Shown: piece after piece, positions 1 to 10,819 of the stretch | How positions within the stretch are numbered: position 1 is the first letter of the stretch | Layout: every line of letters begins with the position of its first letter | Source of the DNA: an uncultured Gemmatimonadales bacterium | Lineage (GTDB): Bacteria > Gemmatimonadota > Gemmatimonadetes > Longimicrobiales > RSA9 | NCBI GenBank assembly: GCA_963798085.1 | Contig: CAWCRS010000003.1 | Coordinates: forward strand, 864,001 to 928,000 | Length of the DNA stretch: 64,000 bases | Direction: 5' to 3' | Made by a program: the position numbers and the translations under genes | Notes under the pieces: generated by a model | Told to the model about the DNA's origin: nothing | The model's input: only the letters and a program-made list of their open reading frames with translations | Database searches by the model: none

Positions 1-2889
1 ATTGCATCGAAGGCGTGTCGTGTGATGAGCCAACTTGCTGTCGAAGCAGACGCCGCTGGTAATTGGGATGAGGTTGAGTACTATACTACGCGCTATCTTG
101 AGCTGAATCCAGACAACGGTGACTTTGCGACTTTGCGCGCGCAGGCGCGTGCTGCCTCTGGCGACTTGGCGGGCGCTCTTGCAAGTCTTAAAGGATTGCG
201 CGGGCGAGGAACCGGCTTCGCAAGGAAAGTTCGGCTTGCTTATCAAGCAATTGATAGAAGCAACGCACGATACGGCGTGCCGTCCGGTTCAACGAGCCAA
301 CCGCAGCACTCGCCGTTCGTGGGACGGGGGGACGAATTTCGGTTGCTGCGAAGTGCATGGGAGTCAATGTTGCGCGAAGGATCGTTTTGTGTTACGCAAC
401 TCGAAGGAGAGCCTGGTATAGGGAAGAGTCGCCTGATTGACCAGTTTGCCCGTTGGGCAGCGATTCGAGGCGGGCGCGTCATTCTGGGAGATGCCGCGAA
501 CTAGAAAGACGGGTGGTGTACAGCGGGATTGCGTCGTTGCTTGCAACTGACGGCTTGGGTCGCGATCTGGAACGACTGCCATCTTTCCTGCAGCACGTCG
601 TGCGCCAGGCGTTTCCATTTAGAGAACTTGATCCGAATCACAATCTTCGTGCGGTCCAGCACGTCAACATGTCTGCTCCCCTTGCGCTTTTTGAAGCAGT
701 GGTGGAACTCTTCATCGTATGTGCACGCACTCGACCTGTATTGATTGTGCTCGATGATATTCAATGGGCAGATGAGCAAACGCAGTCTTTCTTGCAGTAC
801 CTAGCCCGCCGCTGCCGCGCCCACTGCATCATGCTGCTGGTTGGCGGACGGATGACTGACGGATCGAGCGCTGCGACCATTCGAGGTGATGCAGCTGACG
901 GCCAATTTCAGCGGATACAACTTGGCCCGCTGCCACCGCAGGATTCCACACGGCTCATAGAACTCTGCGCAAGAAAATGGAATATTACTATCGAGGAAGC
1001 GGCCGCTCTTGCGATCAGCAAGCGGGCCGGCGGTCGGCCCCTGTTTATCGTGGAGTACATGCATGCTCTGGCGATAGGAAGGAACGAATTCAAGGCCGGC
1101 ATCAATGGCCTCGGTGAAGGTGGCGGCAGTTGTGGGCCGGATGTTCTTGTACCGGCGACTCTCCGAGAGCACACGTCTCAGCGACTGGCGCTTCTGGGCG
1201 AGATCCCACGAATGTTTGTCGAAGCGCTCGCTGTAGTGGGGGGTACGTCTAGTGTTCGCGACTTGGCCGACATTCTGTGTATACCTCAGAATGTGGCAAT
1301 TAATGCGACAGGTGACTTGGTTGGAGCCGGCCTTGTGGAGCAAGACGATGCTGGAATCCGCGTGGCGCACAATGTGCTCCGGCAGTGCGTTTATGAGTGT
1401 ATCGGTGAACACACTCGCACAGCTCTTCATGCTCGCGTTGCTCGATTTCTGGCGTGCAAGCAACCGGGGGCCGACGGCCTGCTGGCGACGCACTTTAACG
1501 CGGCTGGTTATCGCAATGCGGCCGCTATGCACTCGATAGCCGCTGCGCGCGCAAGCACTGCTGCGTATTCCTTTGCCGACGCGGAACATTACTGCGCGCT
1601 CGCGGAAGCGAATGCTGACCTCCCGGTGACCCGGCTCATGGCCAAGGACGCCAGATTCCGCCTCTTTATTGCGACACAACGGCATCGTTTAGCTGCGCCA
1701 CTCCTGGGGGAGTTGGAGCCTTGGTATGTCGGTCGTGGCGGCAGGAGAGCTGCTGCTAGTGGCCGCGACCAAACTGGAAAACGCAATGGCCAGTGAGGAA
1801 GGTTTCACTGTAGTATTGGGGCATCTCGACGACTTGAGGTGCATTGCGGAGAGCTCTGCAAGCTACAGCCTATTCGCCAATGTACTGATGACTATTGTGT
1901 CGGCATCCCATCATTCCGGGCGTCGCGATTATGTGCGCGAACTTGCGCCGCTGCTCGAGCAGAAGGTGCAACGCGCCGAGGCGACGTTGGCAACTGTTGA
2001 AGTCTGGGCCTTACTTGCGCGGATACACTGTGTTTACGGCAATGCTGCGGGCGCACGTCGAGCTGCTGATGCGGCATCCCGGCTTGCCAAAGGCCGTAAT
2101 AGTAAAGCTCTGTCCATCCTTGCCGATGCTGCACAGGCAGTTGTAGAATTAGCCTTCGGGCGGATCGACAAGGCCGCTGCCTGTTACAGCAGCGTTATAC
2201 GGGCGTGTGCGGATGATGAATGGCAGGGATATTGGGAGCGGTTCGTCGGAGATCTGGGATTTGCGCTGATGGAGAGTGGTGACATTCAGCAGGCGCAGGA
2301 TGTACTGGCCGACGCAGGCAACTCAATGTGCACCCACCGCGTGCTGTATGTTCTTGCCAACCTAGCCCTCCTGTTGTTCTCGACCGATCAATCTGATGAA
2401 TTAGCTAAGTGCTGCACGCGCATTGCCGATACAAATAGTGTGCTCGGCGCGGAATGGGCTCGGGTTGTATGCGAATCCTTCAGGGATTGGTTGAGCTTCA
2501 CAATGGACAAATTGAACGTGCATTGTCTCGGGTTGTGTTCATTCGGGATTCTTTGAGGGCGCTCGCCAACGCTCCTCGGAGATTCGTCGGTGGCCGAGAT
2601 ATTTTGCGCACGGCTCAAAGAAGCCACAGGGCGGCACGTTGAAGCGATTTGTGAGATATCAGAAGCGATCGACCATGCTGAGGCCCACAATAGAGTCGGG
2701 CGTTGGCGTATGCAGCTCACGTTGGCAGAGCTTCTGTCGGCGAGCGATCTCAATGGTAGCATAATCATCCGTGAGCGAGTTGAAGCGGAAGCGCTGGCCG
2801 TTGGGTCCAATTTGATTGCTTCGCAGGCAGGCCAGTACGCCATGCGTCGAAGCGGTGGGTTGCTCCTGGCTCCTCCGCTCACCCGCTGA
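1..2889 (+). CDS. BTAD/TPR - AAA(STAND) ATPase - TPR regulator; 5' end outside window; split over four frames (22-504, 453-1796, 1726-2556, 2590-2889)
   Basis: PFVGRGDE and Walker A GEPGIGKS in the first ORF; Walker B VLIVLDDIQWAD, GGRPLFIVE and HNVLRQCVY in the second; helical repeats follow. GC is visibly lower than in the rest of the window. Confidence 0.7.
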
Positions 2890-3656
2890 GCTCGAGAGCG
2901 CCGGACGCGCGCTCCCTTTGAAGCCACGCCTCAATGATCCACTCCCAGCCCAGCCACATGCGAACCTCCGTCGGACGATAGCCGATCAATCGCTTCATCT
3001 GATTGCTCATCGTGAAACCATCGGGATAGCCCGAACGGGTCGCAATGCGGAACACCGCGCTCCCATCGTGCTGCAGCTGAATCGCAATGTGCAGCAGCCG
3101 AGCGAACTGCAGCCAGTGCGACGGAACCGGCAACCCCGCACCCGCGAAATGCCGGCCCAGTGTGCGCCGCAATGTGTACATGCGCCGCGACAGCCGCGTC
3201 ACACTGCCTACCTCCGCCGCCAGCTCGAAAATGCGCCGCACCTCGTGCTCGACCGGCTCCGTCCGCAGGACACCGCGGCGTCTGAGATAGCGCACCGCCG
3301 CATCCGTCACCGAGCGGGGCAGCGTCGCCAGTACCTGCCGCAGATACTGCGGCGTGCCCAGATAGGGCGCCGGCAGCACAGACCGCGGCGCCAGGCCCGT
3401 TACCCGGTTGAGCAGCGGCAGCGTGCGCCGGATCTCCGCCGCTGCCGGCAGCAGCACGATCACCGGCAGACCCGGCGGCCTCGACAACAGTCGCTCGTAC
3501 TCCCCCTCCTGCTCCTCACCGTCCACCAGCCACCACACAGCACCGGCCACACGCCGGCGCGGGCGAGGCCAGCACATCGTCCACCGTCGCCTCGAAGCCG
3601 TCGTACGGCGGCGAGAACAGCTGCAGCCACTTCCCTTCCACAGCGAGCGGGTTCAT
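2879..3656 (-). CDS. AraC-type helix-turn-helix regulator (frameshift near 3555)
   Basis: C-terminal RRTLGRHF...FARLLHI...IATRSGYPDGFTMSNQMKRLIGYRP. Likely ATG at 3656 (MNPLAVEGKWLQLFSPPYD) after GGAGAAG, in a different frame from ORF 2879-3577. Confidence 0.7.
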
Positions 3657-4468
3657 CGCGCTTCTCCGCGTTGCGGGTGAGCGGTAATGCGCCCCGAACC
3701 TTTCCGCACGCCGTCATCGAAGCGTCATCGAATTGCCGGCTGAACCGCCCTATGTGGCCTCGCCACAAGAGGTTGGCATGTTGGATGAATCGCGGTGCCT
3801 GGCAGCGGAAGTGACAACGTCGGTGGCAATCGGCCGAATGGCCCGCGTCGCCTCCCGGCGCTGCACCCCACGCTTGTGCGCCGCCGCGCGGGAGCGCGGG
3901 CGCGATTGACAGCTGTGCCCACTCGACCTCCGCAAAGGCAAGTCGCGGCGCCATACGCACGAGCACGGCACCGGCTTTCGCCGAATCACGCCCGGAAGAT
4001 CTGGAACGTGCCCGCGGGCAAGTCAGACGATCGACGCACCGCCGTGTCACGCGCGGATCCCCGGCCGCATGGGCGCCATGATGATGTCCTGCGCGACGCC
4101 AGGTTGAAGCGCTTCGCTCGCGCCGCGCCGGCCGAACATCCTTGCGCACGCCTGGCCGCATGCGCTTGCCTGCAACGACAGCGTTGCGCCACCGGACGCC
4201 GCGCGCACCGCGTCGCTTCGTACGGCCGGCAGTCCGAACACCCATCGTCGCCTGCACTGTTCCTGTGGTCCGCCGCGGCAATGCGCGGACGAAGCTTGCA
4301 CGCGCGTGCACTCCGCACGACTGAATCGCGCCGCAGTGCGCCAATCGCGCGCGCCTCGTTCATGCGTTCGCGCTGCGTGCGGGAGCGTGCTTGACCGCTT
4401 CGCATTCGCGACTTACCTTGCGAATGTTCCTCGCAATCCAATGACGCATCCTGCCACGGGAGTCCATC

Positions 4469-5194
4469 ATGCTCGTAGGTTCCCGCATGACGGCACAGTT
4501 GTACACGGTCGCTCCGTCCGCCACGATCGGGCAGGCGCTCGAACTCACGCGCTCACAGCGCATCCGCCATCTGCCGGTCGTCGAGCAGGAACAACTCGTC
4601 GGCGTCGTCACCGAGCGCGAGCTCAGACTCGCCGCGCCACCCGCGTGGCATGATGACCCGCAGGCAATGCGCGCCGCGCTGGCCACGCGCACCGTGAGCG
4701 AAGTCATGATACGCGACGTCATCACGACGCAGTCGGTCGTGCCCATCGAGGAAGCCGCGAAGCAGATGTACGAGAACAGGATCGGCTGCCTGCCCGTGCT
4801 CAATGCGGAAAATCGCCTGGTCGGCATTCTCACACGCACGGATCTGCTGCGCGCGCTGGTCGAGCTCTTCGGCGCGACCAATCCGCTCGCGCGCATTGAA
4901 GTGCGCATGCCCAACCGCGCGGGTGAGCTGGCGCGCGTCGTGCGCGTCATCGGCATCGAGCACAAGGTCAACATCAGCGGCCTGATCGCACCGCCCACGG
5001 GGCACGCGCACTACTCCGAAGCCATCGTGCAGCTGCAGACACCCGATCCCCTGCCCATTATCGAGGGACTGCGCAAGCTGGGTTACAAGGTGGGCTGGCC
5101 CGCCATCGAGCTGGATCCGGATTCCGACACGGATGGCCTCGGCCACGCCACCAACGAGTTGCCCGCGCGCAATCGCGTGCCCGTGGAGATCTGA
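4469..5194 (+). CDS. CBS-pair + ACT domain protein (AcuB-like)
   Basis: Two CBS repeats (IRHLPVV...VGVVTERE; IGCLPV...VGILTRTD) followed by ACT-like NRAGELARV; GGAG RBS. Confidence 0.85.
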   Translation: MLVGSRMTAQLYTVAPSATIGQALELTRSQRIRHLPVVEQEQLVGVVTERELRLAAPPAWHDDPQAMRAALATRTVSEVMIRDVITTQSVVPIEEAAKQMYENRIGCLPVLNAENRLVGILTRTDLLRALVELFGATNPLARIEVRMPNRAGELARVVRVIGIEHKVNISGLIAPPTGHAHYSEAIVQLQTPDPLPIIEGLRKLGYKVGWPAIELDPDSDTDGLGHATNELPARNRVPVEI

Positions 5195-5263
5195 AACCGG
5201 CCGACTAACCCTCAGTTGCGAACCGCGGGGCTGGCCTGACTGCCCCGCGGCCCCGCCGGAGTC

Positions 5264-5797
5264 GTGAGCGAGAGTCCTGCGCCTTCCTGGTCCATCCGCT
5301 TCTACACATCCGCGGATCGCGCCGCGCTCGAAAGACTCTATATCGACTTCGAGCCGAAACGCGCCGCGCAGGGTCTGCCACCCGACACACCCGCTCGTGT
5401 GATCGCCTGGCTCGATGGCCTGCTCGCCCATGGCCATCATCTTGTGGCCACCGCGGGCGCAGCCATCATTGGCCACGTCATGCTCGTGCCCTTCGCTGAG
5501 CACACGGTCGAGCTGGCCGTGTTCGTCGCCGAGGTCTGGCGTGATCACGGCGTGGGCACTGCGCTGAATCGTGCCGCCGTGCAGTGCGCGCGCGACGCCG
5601 GCTGGTGGCGCGTCTGGCTCTCCGTTGCGCCCTCCAACGGCGCCGCCATCCGGTCCTACGTCCGCGCCGGTTTCCAGCTCGTGCCGTTCGCGACGCCCGC
5701 CGATTCCTGGGCGTCGGAGCTGGAAATGGAGATCGACCTGCGCGCGCCTCGCGTGGCGGACGCCGGCGCTGCACCGGGAGTCGGAACCGCGCCGTGA
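5264..5797 (+). CDS. GNAT family N-acetyltransferase
   Basis: Motif A WRDHGVGTAL and motif B NGAAIRSYVRAGF. Confidence 0.8.
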   Translation: MSESPAPSWSIRFYTSADRAALERLYIDFEPKRAAQGLPPDTPARVIAWLDGLLAHGHHLVATAGAAIIGHVMLVPFAEHTVELAVFVAEVWRDHGVGTALNRAAVQCARDAGWWRVWLSVAPSNGAAIRSYVRAGFQLVPFATPADSWASELEMEIDLRAPRVADAGAAPGVGTAP

Positions 5798-7422
5798 ACC
5801 GTGTGTGCGTCGTCGCCTGCAGCCGGGTCATTCCTGCGGCGCCGCCGTGCCCCACCCGTTTCGTGCATCGGGCCCTCGGCAACGTCCGCGTTGCGACACT
5901 GCTCTTCGCCCTCGGCCTCGCCCGGCCGTTGCAGGCGCAGCAGCGGCCGCTGCCGGCGCTCGCGCCTGGATTCCTTCCCGTGTCGCACTGGTCGCGCACT
6001 GCGCTGCAGCGGCTCACCGCCGCCGGTCTGCTGCGCGCCGCGGACGCCGCCCTGGCGTGGCCCCTCACGCCCGCGTTCGCAAACACGCTGTTCGAGCGCG
6101 CCGCTGCTGACTCGCTGTTACCGCCCGGCTCCGGGAATGCCGGGGCGCCGCCCGCCGCACGGGATGCAGACGACGACGGGACCCTCCGGATCCTGGCCCG
6201 CGTCTACCGGGATCGCCTGCGCCGCGAGTTCCTGACGTACAATGTGGGTGGATTGCGTGTGGCCGCAGCGCTGCACGCGAGCCTCGACCGCACGTCTAAC
6301 GAGCTGTTTGCAGGCCGCACCGTGCCCAGCCCTGGCGGCTACGACTATGCGGGCCCACGGGCGAGAGCCGACAGCACGAACGGCCGTTTCGGAGCGGCAC
6401 TCGGCGTGGCCGCCGGACCCGTGGCCGCAGAAGCTGATCTGCAGCAGTCACGCACCGGCGCAAGTGTCGCCGGCGCTGCCCTGACCGCCGCCATCGGCCG
6501 CGCCCGGCTCTGGGTCGGCCGCAGACCCCTCAGTCTCGGACCCTCGCCCGCTGGTGGACTCGTGCTGGGAAATGCCGTCGCGTTCGACGGCGGTGGCCTG
6601 GACGTCGTGGACGGGTTCCGGCTGCCCGGCTTCCTGCGGGCCCTCGGGCCCGTCCGCCTGGCACAGCTGCTGGCGCGCATGCAGCGCAGCGGCGACATCG
6701 TGCACCCGTGGTTCCTGGCGCAACGGTTTTCCTTCGCACCGGCCGCGCGTGTCGACATCGGCATCAACCGCGCCGCGATCTTCGGCGGCCGGGGCAATGA
6801 GGGCGTCACACCGACCCGCATCTTCTGGATGCTGCTGGGCCAGACCGACGTCGCCAGCAAGGACAGCGATTTCGAGAATCAGGTCGCTTCGGTGGACGTC
6901 GTGTGGCAGCCGCCTTCGCGAACACCGCTGTTATTGCACGCCGAATGGGGCTTCGACGACGCGGGCGCGGCATTCCTGATCGTGCCCGCCATCATCGCCG
7001 GCGTCGAGCTGGCGGAACTGCCCGGTGCCCGCGCGCTCGGGCTGGGCCTCGAGGCAACTCATTTCACCGGCAACTGCTGCGGCTACCCGCCCTGGTACTG
7101 GCATGGCGAACTTTCCGAAGGCTGGACCGACCGCGGTGTGCTGCTGGGCAGCGCACTCGCCGGTCACGGCGATGAGGCCGCAATCACCTGGAACCTCGAC
7201 ATTGCGCGCGCCACCGTAATCGCCGACGGCCGGCTGTACACCCGCCACCGCAACCGCGAGAACCTCTACGCCCCCGACCGTCTCGGCAGCAGCGCCGGCG
7301 CAGAACTGAACCTGTCGGCAGCGCTGTCCCATCGTCTCCGACTCGAAACCACCACCGACGCGGAGACCGCCCGCACATGGACCCGCTGGACTACCACCAT
7401 CACCACCAGCTTCCGGTTCTAG
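5794..7422 (+). CDS. Wzi-like outer-membrane beta-barrel protein (start uncertain)
   Basis: Signal peptide (LLFALGLARPLQAQ), WVGRRPLSLGP..GGLVLG, FENQVASVD, LLGSALAG, C-terminal Phe. Confidence 0.65.
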   Translation: MNRVCVVACSRVIPAAPPCPTRFVHRALGNVRVATLLFALGLARPLQAQQRPLPALAPGFLPVSHWSRTALQRLTAAGLLRAADAALAWPLTPAFANTLFERAAADSLLPPGSGNAGAPPAARDADDDGTLRILARVYRDRLRREFLTYNVGGLRVAAALHASLDRTSNELFAGRTVPSPGGYDYAGPRARADSTNGRFGAALGVAAGPVAAEADLQQSRTGASVAGAALTAAIGRARLWVGRRPLSLGPSPAGGLVLGNAVAFDGGGLDVVDGFRLPGFLRALGPVRLAQLLARMQRSGDIVHPWFLAQRFSFAPAARVDIGINRAAIFGGRGNEGVTPTRIFWMLLGQTDVASKDSDFENQVASVDVVWQPPSRTPLLLHAEWGFDDAGAAFLIVPAIIAGVELAELPGARALGLGLEATHFTGNCCGYPPWYWHGELSEGWTDRGVLLGSALAGHGDEAAITWNLDIARATVIADGRLYTRHRNRENLYAPDRLGSSAGAELNLSAALSHRLRLETTTDAETARTWTRWTTTITTSFRF

Positions 7423-7472
7423 CGCAGCAGCGTATCGAACCGTCCGCGCGCACTCCTTCCGGCAAGACGCTA

Positions 7473-7615
7473 TCGGACCGTCCTGGCATTCTTTCCTTCC
7501 GGCCGGCTCTCGCTATCCCGGCGGCCCGCGCCCGTATGCTGAGTGGTCAGTCGATTCAACGGTGCGCCTGCATCATGGTCAAACGTGGCACAACCCAAGT
7601 ATGCGGACGGTCCGA
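7473..7615. mobile_element. ~143-bp MITE/REPIN-like element, copy 1
   Basis: Left end TCGGACCGTCCTGGCATTCTT; right end AAGTATGC--GGACGGTCCGA; near-identical to copy 2. Confidence 0.75.
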
Positions 7616-7626
7616 TGAACGGCGCT

Positions 7627-7769
7627 TCGGACCATCCTGGCATTCTTTCCTTCCGGCCGGCTTCGCTATCCCGGCGACCCGCGCCCGTATGCTGAGTGGT
7701 AGTCGATTCAACGTTGCGCCGGCATCATGGTCAAACGTGGCACAACCCAAGTATGCCAAGACGGTCCGA
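7627..7769. mobile_element. ~143-bp MITE/REPIN-like element, copy 2 (tandem with copy 1)
   Basis: TCGGACCATCCTGGCATTCTT ... AAGTATGCCAAGACGGTCCGA terminal inverted repeats. Confidence 0.75.
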
Positions 7770-7813
7770 CAGCAGTTGCCCGACCCCGCCCGCTGCCCCA
7801 CCATTCAACCACC

Positions 7814-8881
7814 ATGACCGAACCTCAACCGAGGGACCAGCGACCCCGACTGCGCTTGTCGCAGCTGTCGCACGGCGCGGGTTGAGCCTGCAAGCTCGGC
7901 TCGGCTGAGCTCGCGCAGGTCCTGCGCGCCGTGGTCCCGTTCGCGGACCCGGACGTGCTCGTGGACACGAGCACCATGGACGACGCCGCCGTGTACCGGA
8001 TCGCTCCGGATCGCGCACTGGTGGCGACGCTGGACTTCTTCACGCCCATTGTCGACGACGCCTATGATTTCGGCCGCATTGCCGCCACTAACGCGCTGTC
8101 GGATGTCTACGCAATGGGTGGCCGTCCGCTCTTCGCGCTCAACATCGTGTGCTTCCCGCGCGACCTGCTCCACGAGGGCTGGCTCACGGAGATCGTGCGG
8201 GGCGGCGCCGACGCCGCCCGTGACGCGGGTATCGCCATCGTGGGCGGCCACTCGGTGGATGATCCCGAGCCCAAGTACGGTCTCACCGTCATCGGCGAGC
8301 TGCACCCTGATCGCGTGGTGCGCAACGCCACCGCGCGTCCCGGTGACCTGCTGGTGCTCACCAAGCCCATAGGCACCGGCGTCATCGCCACTGCAATCAA
8401 GAAGGATGCGGCGCCGCCCGACATGATCCGCACCGCCGTCGCCAGTATGACCACGCTGAATCGCGGCGCCGCCGAAAGCATGATGGCCGTGGGCGTGAGT
8501 GCCGCAACGGACATCACGGGCTTCGGTCTGCTTGGCCATCTGCGCTCCATGGCCAGGGCGAGCGGCGTGAGCGCGCGTATCCGCGCAGCCGCAGTGCCGC
8601 TGCTGCCGGGCGCGCTCGAGCTGGCGCGCGCCGGTCACATCCCTGGCGGTACGCAGCGCAATCTGACGGATACTGCAGGCGACGTTTCTTTTGCCGTTTC
8701 CGTCGATCCCGTCGTGCGCATCCTCCTGGCCGACGCCCAGACTTCCGGTGGCCTGCTCATCGCGCTCCCCGCCGAGCGCCTGGATGCGTTGCTCTCCAGA
8801 CTCCGTGAAGCGGGCACACCCGCCGCTGACACCATCGGCGAAATCATCGCCGGTCCGCCCGGCCACCTCACCGTCGACTGA
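7814..8881 (+). CDS. selD: Selenide, water dikinase, selenocysteine-containing (TGA at 7883-7885)
   Basis: ATG 7814 reads MTEPQPRDQRPRLRLSQLSHGAG-UGA-ACKLG, in frame with ORF 7931-8881 (DDAAVY, DFFTPIVDD, NALSDVYAMGG, TDITGFGLLGH, DAQTSGGLL). Confidence 0.95.
7886..7920 (+). promoter_or_regulatory. Putative bacterial SECIS hairpin
   Basis: GCCTGC-A-AGCTCGGC-TCG-GCTGAGCT-CGC-GCAGGT: two-part stem-loop immediately 3' of the UGA. Confidence 0.75.
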
Positions 8882-9344
8882 CCCCGCCCGGTTGCTGTGC
8901 AATCGCCCGGTCCGGAACTCACATCAGGACATTGTCAGTCTGGCCGATCGGCTGCCGCCACCGCCTGCAGCTCCAGACGGCGCCGCGCACCCGCCCGGCC
9001 ACGGTGCGAAACAAGTCATGATCTTCCTGTCCGACGTGGTGCAAGTCCCGACAACATCAACCCACCATCGCTGTAATACTTGGCGCTGTGGTAACGGCCC
9101 GGCGCTTCGCCAGACTCGCCGGGGCCTGACTCATTCGAGGCGGGTGTGCCAGCAGGTTCGCCGTCGTCGCAGCACCCGACATGGCCGGGCGGGTTATACT
9201 CGAGCCCGGCGCAACGCGTCCCCCGACCGCAGTGCAATTCTGCCGACCCGTACCCGCGTCACCACCTCGTAATCTTCCCGACATCACTCTGCCCGAACCG
9301 GCAGAGCTCTTCCAACCCCCTTGTCACCGCCTGAGGAGGCCATC

Positions 9345-10748
9345 ATGCTTCGTGCACTGGGTAGATCCATCGCCGTCGCGGCGTTGGCATCATCGCTCTT
9401 CGTTCTTCGCGCCAGCGCAAGCAGCACGGATCCTCCATCCTCTTCGGGCAACAGCGGCTCATTCAGGTTGTCCGCATTGCATCAGTTCTCCATTCCGAGC
9501 TTCTCGCGACAGACGAAACTGCCCTGCAGTGCGTGCCACACGCAGTTTCCTCAGCTGACGTCCTTCGGCCGGCTCTTCAAACTGAATGGGTACACACTGT
9601 CGGGAATCGAAAAGGTGGTCGTCAGCGCTGAGGCCGCGAGTTCCAGCCTGGCGCTCGATCTGATTCCGCCGCTTTCGGTCATGGCCGAGGTGTCGACCAC
9701 CACGATTTCGAAGGAGCCGTCGGGGACACAGAACAACTCGGTCGAGTTTCCCGACCAGTTGAGCCTCTTCGTCGGCGAAGCCATAACGCCTAAACTGGGC
9801 ACGTTCCTGCAATTCACCTACAGCGGCGTGGATGGCTCATTCGGTTGGGACAATGCAGACATCCGCTACGCGTCGCACGCCACGGTCGCCAGCAAGCCGA
9901 TGATCTTCGGCGTGACGGTGAATAACAGCCCCACGGTCCAGGACGTCTGGAATTCCACGCCTGTCTGGGGCTTTCCTTTCGCTTCTTCGCCGGTCGCGCC
10001 CGGACCTTCCGCGGCTCCCTCTATCAGTGATGACCTGGCTCAGCGAGTGGCGGGGATTGGTGGCTACGTTTTCTGGAACAACCTCGTGTACGCCGAACTC
10101 TCAGGGTACCGCTCCGCGCCGCAGGGCGGCCCGCACCCGGCCGACCAGAATTCCGAGGGCACCATCAAGGGTATAACACCGTATTGGCGGCTGGCACTCG
10201 CACGGGACATTGGCTCGCATTCGGTGGAGATTGGCACCTTCGGGTTGTCCACTCGCCAGTTTCCGACCGGCGTTTCCGGCGCAACCAATACCTTTACCGA
10301 TGTGGGATTCGACGGCCAGTGGCAGCGCATGCTCGGCCGCTCGAGTTTCTCGGCACATGGCAGCTACATTCATGAGGAGCAGACGCTTACGGCGTCATTC
10401 ATGGATGGCGACGCGGCCAACATCAAGAATGGGCTGCGCAGCTGGAAGCTCGACGGGCAGGTGCTTCTGCCACCGGGCGTTGGCGCTGCGCTCGCCTATT
10501 TCGGCTCGTCCGGCGACGCCGATCCGAATCTCTATGCCCCCGGCGAGGTGACGGGCAGTGCGTCGGGTCGGCCGAACAGTAACGGGCTTGTTGCCGAGCT
10601 CGACTACAATCCCTGGCTCAACACCCGCCTGTCGCTGCAGTATGTGGCCTACACGAAATTCAATGGTGGATCGACCGGCTACGACGGCTTCGGGCGCAAT
10701 GCCTCGAACAATAACACCCTGTACCTGGTAGCATGGCTCGTGTTCTGA
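9345..10748 (+). CDS. cyc2: Cyc2-type outer-membrane monoheme cytochrome c-porin fusion
   Basis: GAGGAGG RBS, signal peptide, motif IPSFSRQTKLPCSACHTQFPQLTSFGRLFKLNGY, beta-strand-rich body, C-terminal NASNNNTLYLVAWLVF. Confidence 0.85.
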   Translation: MLRALGRSIAVAALASSLFVLRASASSTDPPSSSGNSGSFRLSALHQFSIPSFSRQTKLPCSACHTQFPQLTSFGRLFKLNGYTLSGIEKVVVSAEAASSSLALDLIPPLSVMAEVSTTTISKEPSGTQNNSVEFPDQLSLFVGEAITPKLGTFLQFTYSGVDGSFGWDNADIRYASHATVASKPMIFGVTVNNSPTVQDVWNSTPVWGFPFASSPVAPGPSAAPSISDDLAQRVAGIGGYVFWNNLVYAELSGYRSAPQGGPHPADQNSEGTIKGITPYWRLALARDIGSHSVEIGTFGLSTRQFPTGVSGATNTFTDVGFDGQWQRMLGRSSFSAHGSYIHEEQTLTASFMDGDAANIKNGLRSWKLDGQVLLPPGVGAALAYFGSSGDADPNLYAPGEVTGSASGRPNSNGLVAELDYNPWLNTRLSLQYVAYTKFNGGSTGYDGFGRNASNNNTLYLVAWLVF

Positions 10749-10756
10749 ACGCATTG

Positions 10757-10787
10757 CCGGCCACCCACGCTGTGTGGCCGGTCTTGT
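10757..10787 (+). terminator. Stem-loop between cyc2 and the cytochrome c gene
   Basis: CCGGCCAC/GTGGCCGG stem followed by TCTTGT. Confidence 0.35.
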
Positions 10788-10819
10788 CCATCCTGGCCGC
10801 GCCGGAGCGCGGGAGGTGA

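Noticed and set aside
3660..4468. ORFs between the AraC and CBS genes
   Set aside because: Low-complexity translations without an RBS or domain signal; more likely a divergent regulatory region.
7473..7769. CRISPR array
   Set aside because: Two near-identical 143-bp units with inverted ends, no unique spacers and no cas genes.
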